A stretch of 61,147 nt of DNA, the filler included, from Sphacelaria rigidula (Eukaryota): NCBI GenBank assembly GCA_964200075.2. It is 6 parts of 6 records of this genome, joined end to end, with 100 filler letters (N's around TTAATTAATTAA, not from the genome) between each part and the next. Parts side by side here need not be neighbours in the genome. Positions count along the whole stretch, not along the records: positions 1 to 10,109 come from CAXNAA020007121.1; positions 10,210 to 20,318 come from CAXNAA020007122.1; 4 more parts are not named here. The stretch is one strand, 5' to 3'. Position 1 is the stretch's first letter; every line of letters begins with the position of its first letter. This document shows positions 1-12,019 of the stretch, piece after piece. The notes below the pieces were generated by a model. That model had not been told where the DNA came from. It made no database searches and saw only the letters and a list, made by a program, of their open reading frames with translations. A program made the translations under genes and the position numbers.

Positions 1-218
1 AAAGGCACAAACAAGAACCTTCCGTTTTACCACGCCGTCGTTTCCTTGTCGCAGAAGAACTTTCTGTGTAGTAGATGACGGAGTGCATAGCAACCCCGTT
101 CAAATGCGTTTCTTCACCTACCTACGTGCCCGACTTGTTCTGAGGCATGACGCCTCTGCACTCTCAAGACAACCCCGCTCGTTGATCGCAAGGTCTCGAC
201 GAAATTCGTGCCGCGCAC

Positions 219-271
219 ACAACAACAACAACAACAACAACAACAAAAACAACAACAACAACAACAACAAC
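219..271 (+). repeat. (AAC)n microsatellite
   Basis: About 17 AAC units with one interruption; source of the poly-N run in spurious ORF 83..727. Confidence 0.95.
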
Positions 272-1158
272 CGTGTCGACCGCGTGATCTCTCTCTCTCT
301 CTGCCGTTTCGATAAAACTCACTTCGGAAGCCTTACACCCGAGCGACTGCTACACCTTGTCACCAACGGCGTAGGTTTGCAAATAGTGTCAGGTAGGTTT
401 TCAAATACGGCACAGCATATTATACCTTCACCGCCTTGCGGGGGGAATACTGACTTACCCGACATGGAGAGGAAATCCAAACACGCTTCCCTCGGAGACA
501 CCGGCGGCACCAAGAAAACAAGCAATAGGTCCTTCACTACGTGCATGTGTGTTTCCTTGGGCGGGCGGTATCCTGATCAACCGCACTCTACGGAGGCTCG
601 TTCGGCAGTTTGCCGTCGTGTCATGTATTTTGCAGCACTGAAGACTACCTGGACACAGGAGGACATATATCGGCAAACCGCGCAAGCCGCACACTCTGAA
701 ACAACGGATGACTTAGACAAGAAATAGTATACCGGTAGCCTAACCAGCAATCATTTCTGAGAGCTGTGTGCCAGACTTCCGACGAACGCTCGCTGTGTTC
801 GAACTTTTCCTTCTCAGGCCCAGCGCTAGTAGTATTGTCCTTCCCCCCCCCCTCGCTGCCTGCCCTTGCTTCACGTACCTCATGGTTCACATCCAACGGC
901 CATGCGCCGCATCTCATGCCGGCCTTGTTCTCGAGTTGCGTTATTCTCTCATCTTTGGCGGCAATAACGGCAACCTGCGCACGCTTGTTCGCTCGGCCTG
1001 GGGAGGGGCCAGAAGCGGTACAAATGGATGGGAGTACATGGACGACTGGTTACTTGTGGTGGAAAGCAAACGAAGCGTGTATCGTGAATCTCGTCCGGCT
1101 ACAGTACGCAACATCTCGTGGAGGGAGTGTCACCACTGGAATAACATTATCAGCAGTA

Positions 1159-1214
1159 GCACCAAATAGCGCCAAATAGCGCCAAATAGCACCAATAGCA
1201 CCAATAGCAGCGCC
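1159..1214 (+). repeat. 10-11-bp tandem repeat (GCRCCAAATA)
   Basis: Five near-identical units gcaccaaata/gcgccaaata/gcaccaata. Confidence 0.85.
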
Positions 1215-3088
1215 AACACGGTTCGGCGTGGCTACCGCGGCTTGGTGGGAGCTGAGGCTGGAGCGGTTCAAACAACAACGCAGAGCTCCACTCCACCACT
1301 TTTGGCCCAAACGGCTGTACCCGGCTGTGATTGCAAGCGCTATATCGAAAGTGGGTGATTGTCTATGGGTGGTTGTCTATGGCTGTTCCTGAGTGCGAAA
1401 CTGTGTATTATTAGGACGTTAACCACATACCTGGCAATTCTGTTGTATGCGGTCTTAGGCACTATCCAGACGCTAACAGCGTCACTGATCACTATTTTTC
1501 TGAAAGATAAGAAACAATAGTGGCATTAAACTTGGCAAATGACTTCCGATTGATAATTGCCTTCGGTACGTCTGCGTCGTGGCGAATCGTTTGATCTGCG
1601 TTTGATGTGCGCCAATGGCGCTTCGTGCAGTCTGAAATCTATCGTGCGCTTGGATTTGTTTTCAGTAAGTGTAGGTAGGCAGCACTTGTTAACAACCGTT
1701 TGCTTGCCCCCCGAAACAGGAAATATTGTCTATTTATCCAACGTACCTTGAAATAGACACTATGCACCACCCCTTTACCGAGAGGGATCTATCTCACTAA
1801 GAGGGGTTCATATCATATCTGAGTTGTAGGGTCCTAAATTTTCGAGAATGACCGCAAGCAAGGGAGCTCTCAGCTACTCGGTGTGCTCAACTATTCTTAT
1901 TTTGCAGACAAGTAAAATTTTGCTTCCTCATATCAGCCGGATTTCTGGGGGGGGCAGTATCGCGGCATCCCCCCTGATTCTTTCGCAAGCGTGCTATACA
2001 TATATATTGACTTGGTCGGGAGAGTCAGGTGTCGAGAGTCCTCTCAAGCGCACCTTTGTTTGAGACATATACCCTGTTTTTTTTCGGGTGTTTTTGACGG
2101 TAAACTCAAGCTTAGTCCATAAACCCACGAAACGGTAATCTTCAACCGGGTCTCATACATGTACAGTAAGGAAGCTCGGGTTCCGCATCGGTGAGACGGG
2201 CCACTGGTCTGAGACACGGGTCAACAGTGTTCCGTGGAGGACTCAAGACGTGGGCAAAGATTCCACGCGTCGGACAACTCAACTAACCTTGATTCGACTT
2301 GACTTATTTTCGTACAACGTAGCGCCAAGTTATACGGCATAACTCAGCGGCACTTCTTTTCTCTGGCTGAGGTATAGGGTATAACTTAGCGGCACCTTTA
2401 TCCACTACGTGAAGTATACGATATAACTCAGCGGTACCTATTCCCAGTGCCTGGCGTTTTGCCACACAACTGAACTGACTCATAAGATGCGCGACGTGTG
2501 AACTTTCATCGGCCCGCACAGACAGACCCCTTCAAGATCTAGCTAGAGTTTTTATCGAAAGAAAAGATCTGTTCCAAGGTTGGTCATGGTAAGTGAATTA
2601 TGACCAAAATATTTCGTGACCAACATGTACAAAAACGATTTGCATATCGTCGATACATGCGATGTGCCTACCGTCGAGCACATTCATCCAAACCGGGCAA
2701 ATGTGGAACTACAACACGCCTACGTGTGCGAGGACTTCAGCTTCCCTGGTCGATAGCGTTCCTGATAGCTTCCGCAACTACCTTTTAGTGTGCTGATCGC
2801 CACGGTGTCACCCTAACCTGACTTGACACACACTATTCTCAAGACATTCGTGCCTCAGGGGGGTCCAAAGGTTTGCCGATCTTGAGAGACGAAGCTCCCT
2901 CAGTTGACTGCACGGTAGGTGGTCCCACAAAACCATCCATACCCCCGTTTCGCCTGGTACAAGGTACCTCTTGGCACCAGGGGGGAAGGGAATGGGTGTA
3001 CTCACGATACTGCATGCTGTACTCATTAGACAATTGACCTCGGCGGGGGGCGTACTCATTTGATGCCCCCCTCAGTCGTGTGATCATT

Positions 3089-3131
3089 ATTAACCACTAA
3101 CCATTAACCATTAACCATTAACCATTAACCA
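3089..3131 (+). repeat. (TTAACCA)n heptamer tandem repeat
   Basis: About 6 units seen directly. Confidence 0.9.
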
Positions 3132-3239
3132 CGTTTCCCTTTCGAGACGGAGCACCGTTCCTACTCCTGACGGAGACACCTCCGGCCTCGGGGGGGGAGG
3201 GGGGGCGGCTGCACGTGTTTCCTCACCCCACACTCTGTT

Positions 3240-3345
3240 CACCGAGCCTGGTCCGGCGAAAACCCGGCGTGCTCCGTCCCGGCTTTGTAGGGATGCGAGG
3301 TCAATGGTCTGATGACCATGGCATGCATGATCATGAGTACACCCT
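3240..3345 (+). repeat. Dispersed repeat family A (other copies ~9808-9865 and ~43575-43650)
   Basis: Shared core cctggtccggcgaaaacccggcgtgctccgtcccggctttgtagggatgcgaggtc. Confidence 0.8.
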
Positions 3346-4653
3346 CTATTTCATAATAGACAATAGATTCCATACTGTACGCAGTACATTTTTCGACCGT
3401 GTATTCTATTGTCCAGGGTATGTTCTATTTACGCGTGAAGCGCCATCCCTCCAAAAACATGGTGTTACCCCAGACCAGGGCGGTGCTACCGCAGCAGAAG
3501 GTATATCTTCTTGACTTCATCTTCATACTGAGACACGATATCTATCAAGGATCACCCAGCGTATCTACCTGGATTTACGCCAGCGCAATTAAAATTAAGC
3601 CCAGCGTATCTACGGCACAACACTACCTTACTACCTTACTACCACTCACCCCTGCGAGCCTCTGCGTGACCAATGTCGAGCTTCTTCTGTAGGAGCTTGC
3701 CGTGCTTCCTGTAAACCACACGAGGGCAACGGTGATCCGCCATACGAACGGAGAGTTAGGGTCACGGCTTTGGGTGCAGATTTACCGGCGTGCATTGAAG
3801 AACAGATGGAGGTGTTCAGGTCGTCAACGATCAGCTGAAGTCAGACATCCTAGTTTACTACTGTTCCCTCCGATCGTATGTCACTTATGCTGTTGCGTTG
3901 CCGTCCCTCCCATTGTGTTACCGGCACCCATCCGTTTTGGTATTGGATACGTGCCTCATTGCTGCCTCCGACTGTTTGTGTCTCTCCAGACTTGATCGGA
4001 CACAAACAGAGGAGGCGTTCTCACCCCGGTCGGATCTTCGCGTACATACACCCCCGCACTACTATATTTTCGGGACCACTCTTGCAGCCCCTACCTAGCT
4101 CACCATCATTTGTTTCTTTTTTGTTCATTCTTCCTCTTTCTGTTTCCTTGCTATTTTTGTCGGGGGGGGGTTTTAAAACGGGATAAAGCACGTGACATTT
4201 TTCAGACACCCGGGTAGCCATTTACGTTGCCGCTGTTCCAGTATTTTTTTGTCGTCTTTGGGGTATGTTCATATCGGGGGCACGGCTGGATACGGAGCGG
4301 ACGAGTTAGTTCGCAAGAGACAAGTGTTAAAAACGCAATCAACCGGCCAATAACAGGAGTCATTTGACACTTTCCTCGTTCTCTTTCTACGTGTGCATTA
4401 TTCACTCACGTGGCCGTCTGCAGGTCTTTACCCAGCTTGAGGAAGTCACTGGCCTCCGCTGTCATGGCCTCCTTCATCATGTTCACCCCCTTTACCTCGT
4501 CTTCGCGCTTCTCCAATATCTCGTTCATGGCCGTTTTAATTCTCTCGCAGAAGTCCGCTTCCTCCTTCCTTTCGGCCTCCTGAGGGAAAAAAACAGGCAC
4601 AGAGCATACGAAACAAACAAAAAGGTAAAAAATGTCATCAATCTTGAATGGCC

Positions 4654-4721
4654 TGTATGTGTCTTGATCGGTCCGTAGTATGTGTCTTGATTGGTCCGTA
4701 CGTGTCTTGATCGGTCCGTAC
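4654..4721 (+). repeat. Three tandem ~21-25-bp units (gtgtcttgatcggtccgta)
   Basis: Seen directly. Confidence 0.85.
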
Positions 4722-5002
4722 TGTCTGTATTTCGATTAAGACCACGTTATTGACCATATATTACGTAGCGTAGCCCCTGAAGTCTGCATCCCAATGATCC
4801 TAACTGCTGTGTATTGTACACCGTTGACACTTGAAGCACGAGGGGGGTTGGGGTTCAGCGGACATCCTGGGTAACGTCATGCTCTGGGAGAAAAAAACAA
4901 ATCAAACACCTCTTGGTGAAGAATTTTTGTACACTTTACTTTCGATTTATCAGATTGGTGCGTAATATTGAGTTTTAGGCGTCCTAGAGTCATGCGATAC
5001 TT

Positions 5003-5232
5003 CAGGGGGAGGGGGGTATCTGGGGCATTCAATACACGCAAGCCCACGTCAAATCGTCGTTGAAAGCACCAATGGTTGTTCGAACGCGGTTATTGCCGAC
5101 ACATGACGCTCACTCATACTGCTTGACACCGTTTACACCCGAATACGAGCGCACCGCGAGTGTGTTAGGTCGTCTAACGCGCCTGTGAGCCCTTTCTCGC
5201 CTGAAATCGAACACCCTTCCCCTCCACCCCTA
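5003..5232 (+). mobile_element. Short non-autonomous element family B (copies ~9510-9745 and ~19110-19315)
   Basis: Three diverged copies of caaatcgtcgttgaaagc...gacaccgttt...gcgagtgtgtta...; G-rich left and C-rich right ends form imperfect inverted termini in the first two copies. Confidence 0.65.
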
Positions 5233-8200
5233 TTGTACAATGACTCCTGTGTACTTTCGAGACATCAAATCATTTCGTGTTCTCGAGTTTAAGGTGTTCT
5301 ATACGCCTCAAACGCAACACTGAACACAAGTAAATCTCTCATGGCCGAACAACACCGTGACGAACACGTTCAGCACGGCGTTTCTCCCAAACCAAACACA
5401 GAGCTTCCTGGCACCTCTTGAATCAACAAAGAAAAAAAAGACCTTTGTCGGAGGTGGTACACATGCTATAGTTGTAGAGATTTTGAAAAAAAAAAGCGAT
5501 TAAGAGCGATATATATTTTTTCAGGTTTTCGGATACCACGACTCATCCCAGTTTCTGTTTGATCTCAAACTTTGGGAATCCAGAGGCACGAGTACCTCCA
5601 CAAAGTTGTCGCTAAAAGAAGAAAAATGATACTAATGTTGAGCGATGAACGGGCTCACCGGTCTTTGGGGGTCCCACGAGCGTACAGCCCATTGTTCTCC
5701 CTCTTTGATATTTTCGCTCGACGAAACCGATCCGCATCGTTATACAGGCTGCTTCAGGGCGAATGCCCAAAGTTCATCCCCACTAGATACAGAACGCAAA
5801 GCTGACCCGATAGAAACGTCTTTGGTGTCTTACCAACCAACCCCCACGAGCGAGTGAACAGTGTGACATGGCCAGATTTTTTCTTGCGTCCCTTGCCGTG
5901 GCGCTGGTAGTGAAAATGTTTCTCAGCCAATCAGGGACCTTCAAATTATTCGGAAAACACAAAGTGCGAATTCCTCACTCAGCTTGCGCCCAGTCTCATC
6001 ACAAATCAATTTCAGTAACCGCCATGGGCTAGGGAATCTAACCCACATAACAGATTTGAAAACGATTTGTGTGTGATGGAGTCATACTCCAGAACGTGGT
6101 ATTTCGGTGATGTGAGGTTGTAGTGTCGTCGAATTTCTAATGACGATAGGTATCGAAGACCAAGAAAACCTCTTCACGTTTTTCCTTGTAACTTTCGCGG
6201 AAAAGCTCCGACCATCTTCAAACTGAGCGGTTACGTAGATGCGGGTGCTGCGAATGAGAAGGGAAAAAAAAGATTGAAGAACGCTTCAAGGTGTACCCGC
6301 TCTCTACCGGCTTCCGGGGTCCCTAGCGTGAAGATCATCAGAAGCGGTTACAGACTGCTTGTAAGAAAAACGAACGTCAAATTCGACTCGTCCCGAGGCA
6401 GACCAAGGAGCTTTTGTACAAACTTTTGTTGCGTAACTTGAAAAGCTGAATTCAAACAGCCGATTTCAGCTCAAGGGCCCCAGGGAAACGTCCATAGCGT
6501 GCTATAATCAAGTAACTGAGGGGATTCTGCGTACTACATGTGTATCCTTCATTGCACACGCGGGCAATCCTTCCCGCCGTTTTCTTTGAGTTGGACCCTG
6601 AAATTTTGCACACGGGTGCTGCGAGATAGTCAGACAGGCTGCATGAATGAGGTCTTCCGGTTTTTTCTCGCCAGATATCCGGGGTCTCAGGAGGCGGTGT
6701 CAGGATTTCTGAATATAGTATCTCAGAGCACCCGTGTGCAAACGTTCAGGGTCCAACTCAACGGAAACGGCGGGAAGGATCGCTGGGGAATAAATTCCGG
6801 CTGTTCACCCTGAAGCAGCCTGTAATGAACAAATACTACGATCATGATGCCTCCAGGTTGTCTCTGTTATCTCGGTATTCCTTGCGCTACAGCTGAAAAA
6901 CTGTAGTTTGGGGCCATATGCGGTCAACGACACCTCCTTGGTATACGTGGTCCTACTCTGTACAGTATCATGCACTTCGACAGCACACAATCGGCAAATA
7001 TGTCCTGAGAACGACCTGCTTCTTTTTCCAGCGCTTACCGACTCTCGAGCTCTCGAGTGAAGGTGACAAACCGCCTCGTGAAATCATCCCGAATGAGTGA
7101 ATACCATATTTAAGTTTGACTACTGTATTGTGTTATTTATATCCCCACAAAATTGCACCTGTTATTATATTTCCTATTATTATTTCTGCGCATCGACCCC
7201 ATATCTCGAACCCGTGGTCACAGACGTATGCTCGGCTTTTCAATACCGTTCCTGGTATTCCTTACAAGAGATATGAGCTCTCACCGCTTTTTCTCAGACT
7301 CCAACAACAAAAACAAAAACAAAAACAAAAAATAGAGAAAGGAAAGTAGACAAGCCCGTTCTGACTTGTATTTTCAGCAGCGGAAGAATCCCTCGGCGCT
7401 GGAAACAGCTGTGCAAAGTCCATGCTCCGGCTGGGAACAAAAGTAGGGAATTCGCATTTTACCACAGTATTTTGGCGAGGGGGCGTGGGGGGTATGGCTC
7501 CTGGAAGATGTGCCACAGGTCCCCTTGGATCTAGGGCCGAAGCTACAAGAGTAGGGCGACGAGTGCACTGCGCCGCGTTCACGGGGGGTTTTAGTGGGTC
7601 CAACCCCCACCCTGCCTTGAGCTAAGCTTTCCGAACGGTCGAGGTGCCTACCCCACATGACTGCCGCGAGGCGGTCAAGCCGAGCCCAGGGATAATCGGC
7701 ACACAAACCCAATCGTGGGGTGAGTGTTGGGTGAGGTTCCGTCCTCTCTTCAAGGAAGGAGAGAGAATATCCCTCCGGAAGACATACGAAAAAACTATTG
7801 AGGCTCTTCACATGAGCGGCGTCACACGGATGGGTTCCACGTGCCCGTGCTCCTCAACCGCTTGAGAAATAAATGCTCACGTGAGATTGATGTTGTACCC
7901 CTGCTGCTCGGATAAACGGTGCCAATACGTGAGATTAATAAACGTGCAATCTGGCCCAAACGCAGCCATCATTTGTGATTATTTTCAGCAGAGCCGATCG
8001 TTGTGCGATTCCGGATCGTGGTCGGTAAATAAATGCCTTTCGTCGCTGGGTGCAACATGTGCCGGTTCGGGAGAAAATGTGCCGTTTCGTGATAAAACTG
8101 ACCGGATCATTTTTGTGTTACGGTTGACCGTCAGTATGTACATTCTCGGGAAAACTCTTCCTCCGGTTCAGAACATTTTTCACACGTCCAGCAGTTGGGG

Positions 8201-10109
8201 CATGATGAGCGGATTTACGCCTGTCTCTTCCTGGCTCAAAGGTTGCCCTGTGGGACTTACCTTCCAACTGACAGGACTCGAGGACAAAAAGCTAAACAGC
8301 AGGATGTGTTTTTTTCCTAAAGATTGCGGAAACAGTCAGATGTGCAGTAACAAATATCCCTACCGTGACATCTACCGTGATACCTACTTTGCGGTGCTAC
8401 GGGTCTTGGCTTCCAATTTCGACTGGTAACCGCTGTAAATATAGTCTATATATATATATATATATCTATATATACTCGAAAATTTTCGGAACTAGTCTTG
8501 CGTTTATTTTGCCAGTGACGAAAAGGCGAGCGTCGAAGACTAACACGGTGAGCAGTATTTGCCTACGAATAGGATACCCTGAAACTCCACTGGGAAAACA
8601 TACAAGCGAGCACTACATGTAGAAGAAACGTCATTCAGAGCGCAAATGTGAGTATGTGAAAGCCTACTTATAAAATATAAGCAGTAGTGGGGCCCCACTG
8701 TCATCGAAGGATTCATCATCATCGCTGAAATTCGTATGATATGGCTATGTATATTCGCATACTGCCACACGCCATTGCGTTGGGAAACACTCCTCCCGGC
8801 AAGACCCCTTTCCGACGAAACTCAACTTTTTCGAGAGCCGGTTGCTTCACTGTGAGAAGTGACATCGTGCGACGGACCTTATCGAGTATCTCCCTCTCGC
8901 ACACTTGTTGAGAGTGCCGAGTAAATATCATAGCGAAACTGACGTTGATAATCTACTTCGCAAACGCCCGTCGCAGGTGTTATACAGGGTATAGCACCCG
9001 AGGGCAATGAAAAACCCAACCTAGTCCTTTCTGTAGTAAACTGAAGCGGTCATGTGTCCAAATGCTGTTACGTCGTTGGAGAGCAATCTCTCCTCGGCCT
9101 TTCAGTAGTAAACATTATCTTACGATGGCAATGCTGGACCTTGCTTTGTAGAGACAATTGATTTTGTGTTTCTTGTGGCCCCGAGTGGTATACTCCGTAA
9201 GCTGCGGAGTGTCTTTGACATAGATAGAGGATGTCAATATCCCTGGTCTATTTTGTGCCCGCCATCCACCAACCAGAACGTTGAAAAATCCCCATCTCTC
9301 CGCGAAGCTCAAGGGTTCATCCCTATGACAATCACCTTCACTAGCATATCATCGTGGAAGAGAGCTTCATTGCAAAAATAGATAGGATACCATCTTACCG
9401 ACACTACGATACCGTGTACCATCTGGTGCCAAATTGAATAAGGTTAACGAGTAACCGGCGAGAAACGTCTCTCCCCTTTCAGGCGGAATCACCCCCGAGT
9501 CATGCTACGACAGGGGGGGGCTAGGGGCGGGGGGGAATTCGGGCCATTTAATTCACGACATTCCACTTCAAATCGTCGTTGGAAGCAGCAATGGTTGTTT
9601 GAACACGTGCTTGTTACCGATAAATAACGCTCATTCATACTGGTTGACACCGTTTTCATCCAGATACAAGCGCCCCGCGAGTATAGTGTGTTGGGTCGCC
9701 TGACACGCCTATCGGCAACTTTTTCGTAGAACCACCCCCCCCCCCCCCGTCCCATCGTAATATATGGAAGATTTTTAATGAGCGTCCAAGTCTTGGAGGT
9801 GGCTCAGTTAGCCTGGTCCAACGAGAATCCGGCGTGCTTCGTCCCGGCATTGTAGGGGCGGATCCCCGATGGGTTTGGCGTCGGTTGGCGATGACGCTAT
9901 AAATCACGCCACTCACTGCGCAAGGCAACCAGGCTACCGCTTTTTTTGCGCACTTGCGTTTTTTTTGCGGTCACCATGATGGTGGTCGAGCTAGATCCTG
10001 TTGTGCGGCGTGGGAGAAACCTCGACTCCGTACAATGGGGATGATCGCACTACGTAGTGTTTAAATGGTAAAACACCCATGAGGCAATGTATAAGCCGTT
10101 GCTGTCTCT

Positions 10110-10209
10110 NNNNNNNNNNNNNNNNNNNNNNNNNNNNNNNNNNNNNNNNNNNNTTAATTAATTAANNNNNNNNNNNNNNNNNNNNNNNNNNNNNNNNNNN
10201 NNNNNNNNN
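10110..10209. other. Artificial contig linker (N44-TTAATTAATTAA-N44)
   Basis: 100-nt spacer with a six-frame stop cassette. Confidence 0.99.
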
Positions 10210-10374
10210 CATCGGAGCCAAAACGAACATGCGCAAACTCAAATGCGAGCTCTTTTTTCCCGACGTTTTTCACCACCAATAACAGGAAACATTTTTCAAC
10301 GTTTTTCACCCCCCCCTGCGTTTACTGTGACGACGGTTTCAAGAAATTGAGCTAATGTGACGAAAAACAAACAA

Positions 10375-10520
10375 ATATCGAGAATATCGATATTCGATAT
10401 TGATATTCGATATTGATAAATATCACATTTATCGGTCTTCTACGCTCCGATACCGATGTGGCATATCGCCGATATTTATCGAAATCATATCGATTATCGA
10501 TATTCGATGTGCAACACTGA
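10375..10520. repeat. ATATCGATAT-rich quasi-palindromic repeat, MITE-like
   Basis: Dense ATCGAT/ATATCG/CGATAT motifs in both orientations. Confidence 0.6.
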
Positions 10521-11340
10521 TGTATACCTATGGACCTATGGTCGTGTAGATATAACCACATGTAATCTCGCTGTAGTTTAAGCACGCAGCTGGACATATA
10601 GCAGAAAAACCGGGCGTGATGCAGCTATTTGCCGCTCGCCCCCCTTTCTCTTCGCGTAATGTTTCACACAGACAGTAAGTACCCTGGTATCTTTGCGAAA
10701 GATCTTTTGGCGATCAGTGTACATTTGAGAAGTGGTCATTATCCAGATGCGGCGCAATAGAGCAGACCTCGCTGCTCGAGGACAGAGTTGACCGGTAGTG
10801 AGCAGCGCAGTTGTAGTACACGTACAATACAAGCAGGCGACCGTTGGTTTAATCGGCAAAGACTGCCGATGACGATGGCGCAAGATGCTGCCACGAACAT
10901 GGCAAGTCACAATTCCCTTCCAAGGAAGATGGTGCAAGACAGCCGACAAGCGAGCGTTACAACAAGGCCAAAGCCACCGTTTCCAAGGTGTGTAACAACC
11001 CGACTCGCGTTGGTTGTCGTTGTGAAACACTCCGTGCGAGTAGACTGCTTGCACCGTGCGGGCAGTAGACTGTTTGCATCAGTGGCTATTGTAAATACGA
11101 CAGTATATAGCAATCCGCGTGCGATCGGTCTCCATTGCACACAGTCGACGCTGTTTCTGTATCTATACACATCGCGCTCTACAAATATGTGCAACTATCT
11201 TTACAATCTGGAGAGGAGCGGCCGGCGTATTCACGTACTGTACTCAGATACATCAACAAAAACCTGACGGCAGAGTAGAGCCACTTGAACGTTTGTGCTG
11301 ACCCGCCGGTTCAACTAACACCAATATTAAATCCACCCGC

Positions 11341-11470
11341 GCACAGCTTGCAGGCAGCCAGCCCAGTTACTTTGTGTGCACAGATTGATTGTTTTGACAG
11401 GTATATGTCCCACACACAGTAGTAGTACACTACTACCAGAGAACGTTGTATCCAACACAGACAGTATTAT
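11341..11470 (+). repeat. Dispersed repeat family C (inverted copies at ~18545-18660 and ~18695-18805; partial ~18270-18320)
   Basis: gcacagcttgcaggcagccagcccagttactttgtgtgcacagattgattg matches the reverse complement of caatcaatccgtgcacacaaaagtagctgggtcggcagactgcaagctctgcg. Confidence 0.75.
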
Positions 11471-11475
11471 TGCAC

Positions 11476-11890
11476 AGGTACCCTGTAACGGGGTTTGAGA
11501 CATCTCATCATACCCTACTGATACCGACCCAATCGGGTATTTTCAGATGTCATACCTACGATACCGACGATACCACAGTATTTCAAGAATTCAATACCTA
11601 CCATACCCGCCAAATCGGGTATTTTCAAATGTCGTACCTACGATACCTACGATACCTACGATACCTACGATACCTACGATACCTACGATACCATGGTATT
11701 TCGAGATACCAGTACCTACCGTACCCGCTCGGTCAGGTATTTCCAACACTCATACCTACGACACCTACGATACCATAGTTTCTCGATATTTCAATACCTA
11801 CCGTACCACCTCAATCGGGTATTTCCAAAATTCGAACCTACGACACCCAAGCATACCACGGTATGAGATATCCCGGTAAATACCGGATGC
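11476..11890 (+). repeat. Minisatellite-bearing element with 9-bp ACGATACCT arrays inside ~100-bp higher-order units (copy 1)
   Basis: Repeated tcgggtattttcagatgtcatacct(acgatacct)n...tatttcgagataccagtacctaccgtacc; second copy at ~16850-17180. Confidence 0.9.
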
Positions 11891-12019
11891 GATGCACTCC
11901 CCACGGCGCAGCAGCGGGTCCCAACTTACGCAAAGACCAGATGTTGGTGGAGCAAGTACGTCTTGTTTTCACAATTAATATACACCCACATTCCCCCTAA
12001 TTTTCGTGTTTGGACCAGT

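Larger units (their letters stand above)
459..4579 (-). pseudogene. Decayed multi-exon gene of unknown family (candidate exons 4410-4579, 4104-4285, 3650-3708, 879-997, 459-648)
   Basis: Each segment lies between a CAG acceptor and a GTRAG/GTACG donor and gives protein-like text (EAERKEEADFCERIKTAMNEILEKREDEVK; RANKRAQVAVIAAKDERITQLENK). There are frameshifts in 4104-4285 and an in-frame TGA in 459-648. Confidence 0.5.

Noticed and set aside
83..727. 214-aa ORF with poly-Asn
   Set aside because: GTG start, microsatellite-derived run, and antisense to exon-like remnants
9300..9345. VIVIGMNP as a SMUG1-like uracil-DNA glycosylase motif
   Set aside because: Followed immediately by a stop, with no other family motifs recognisable
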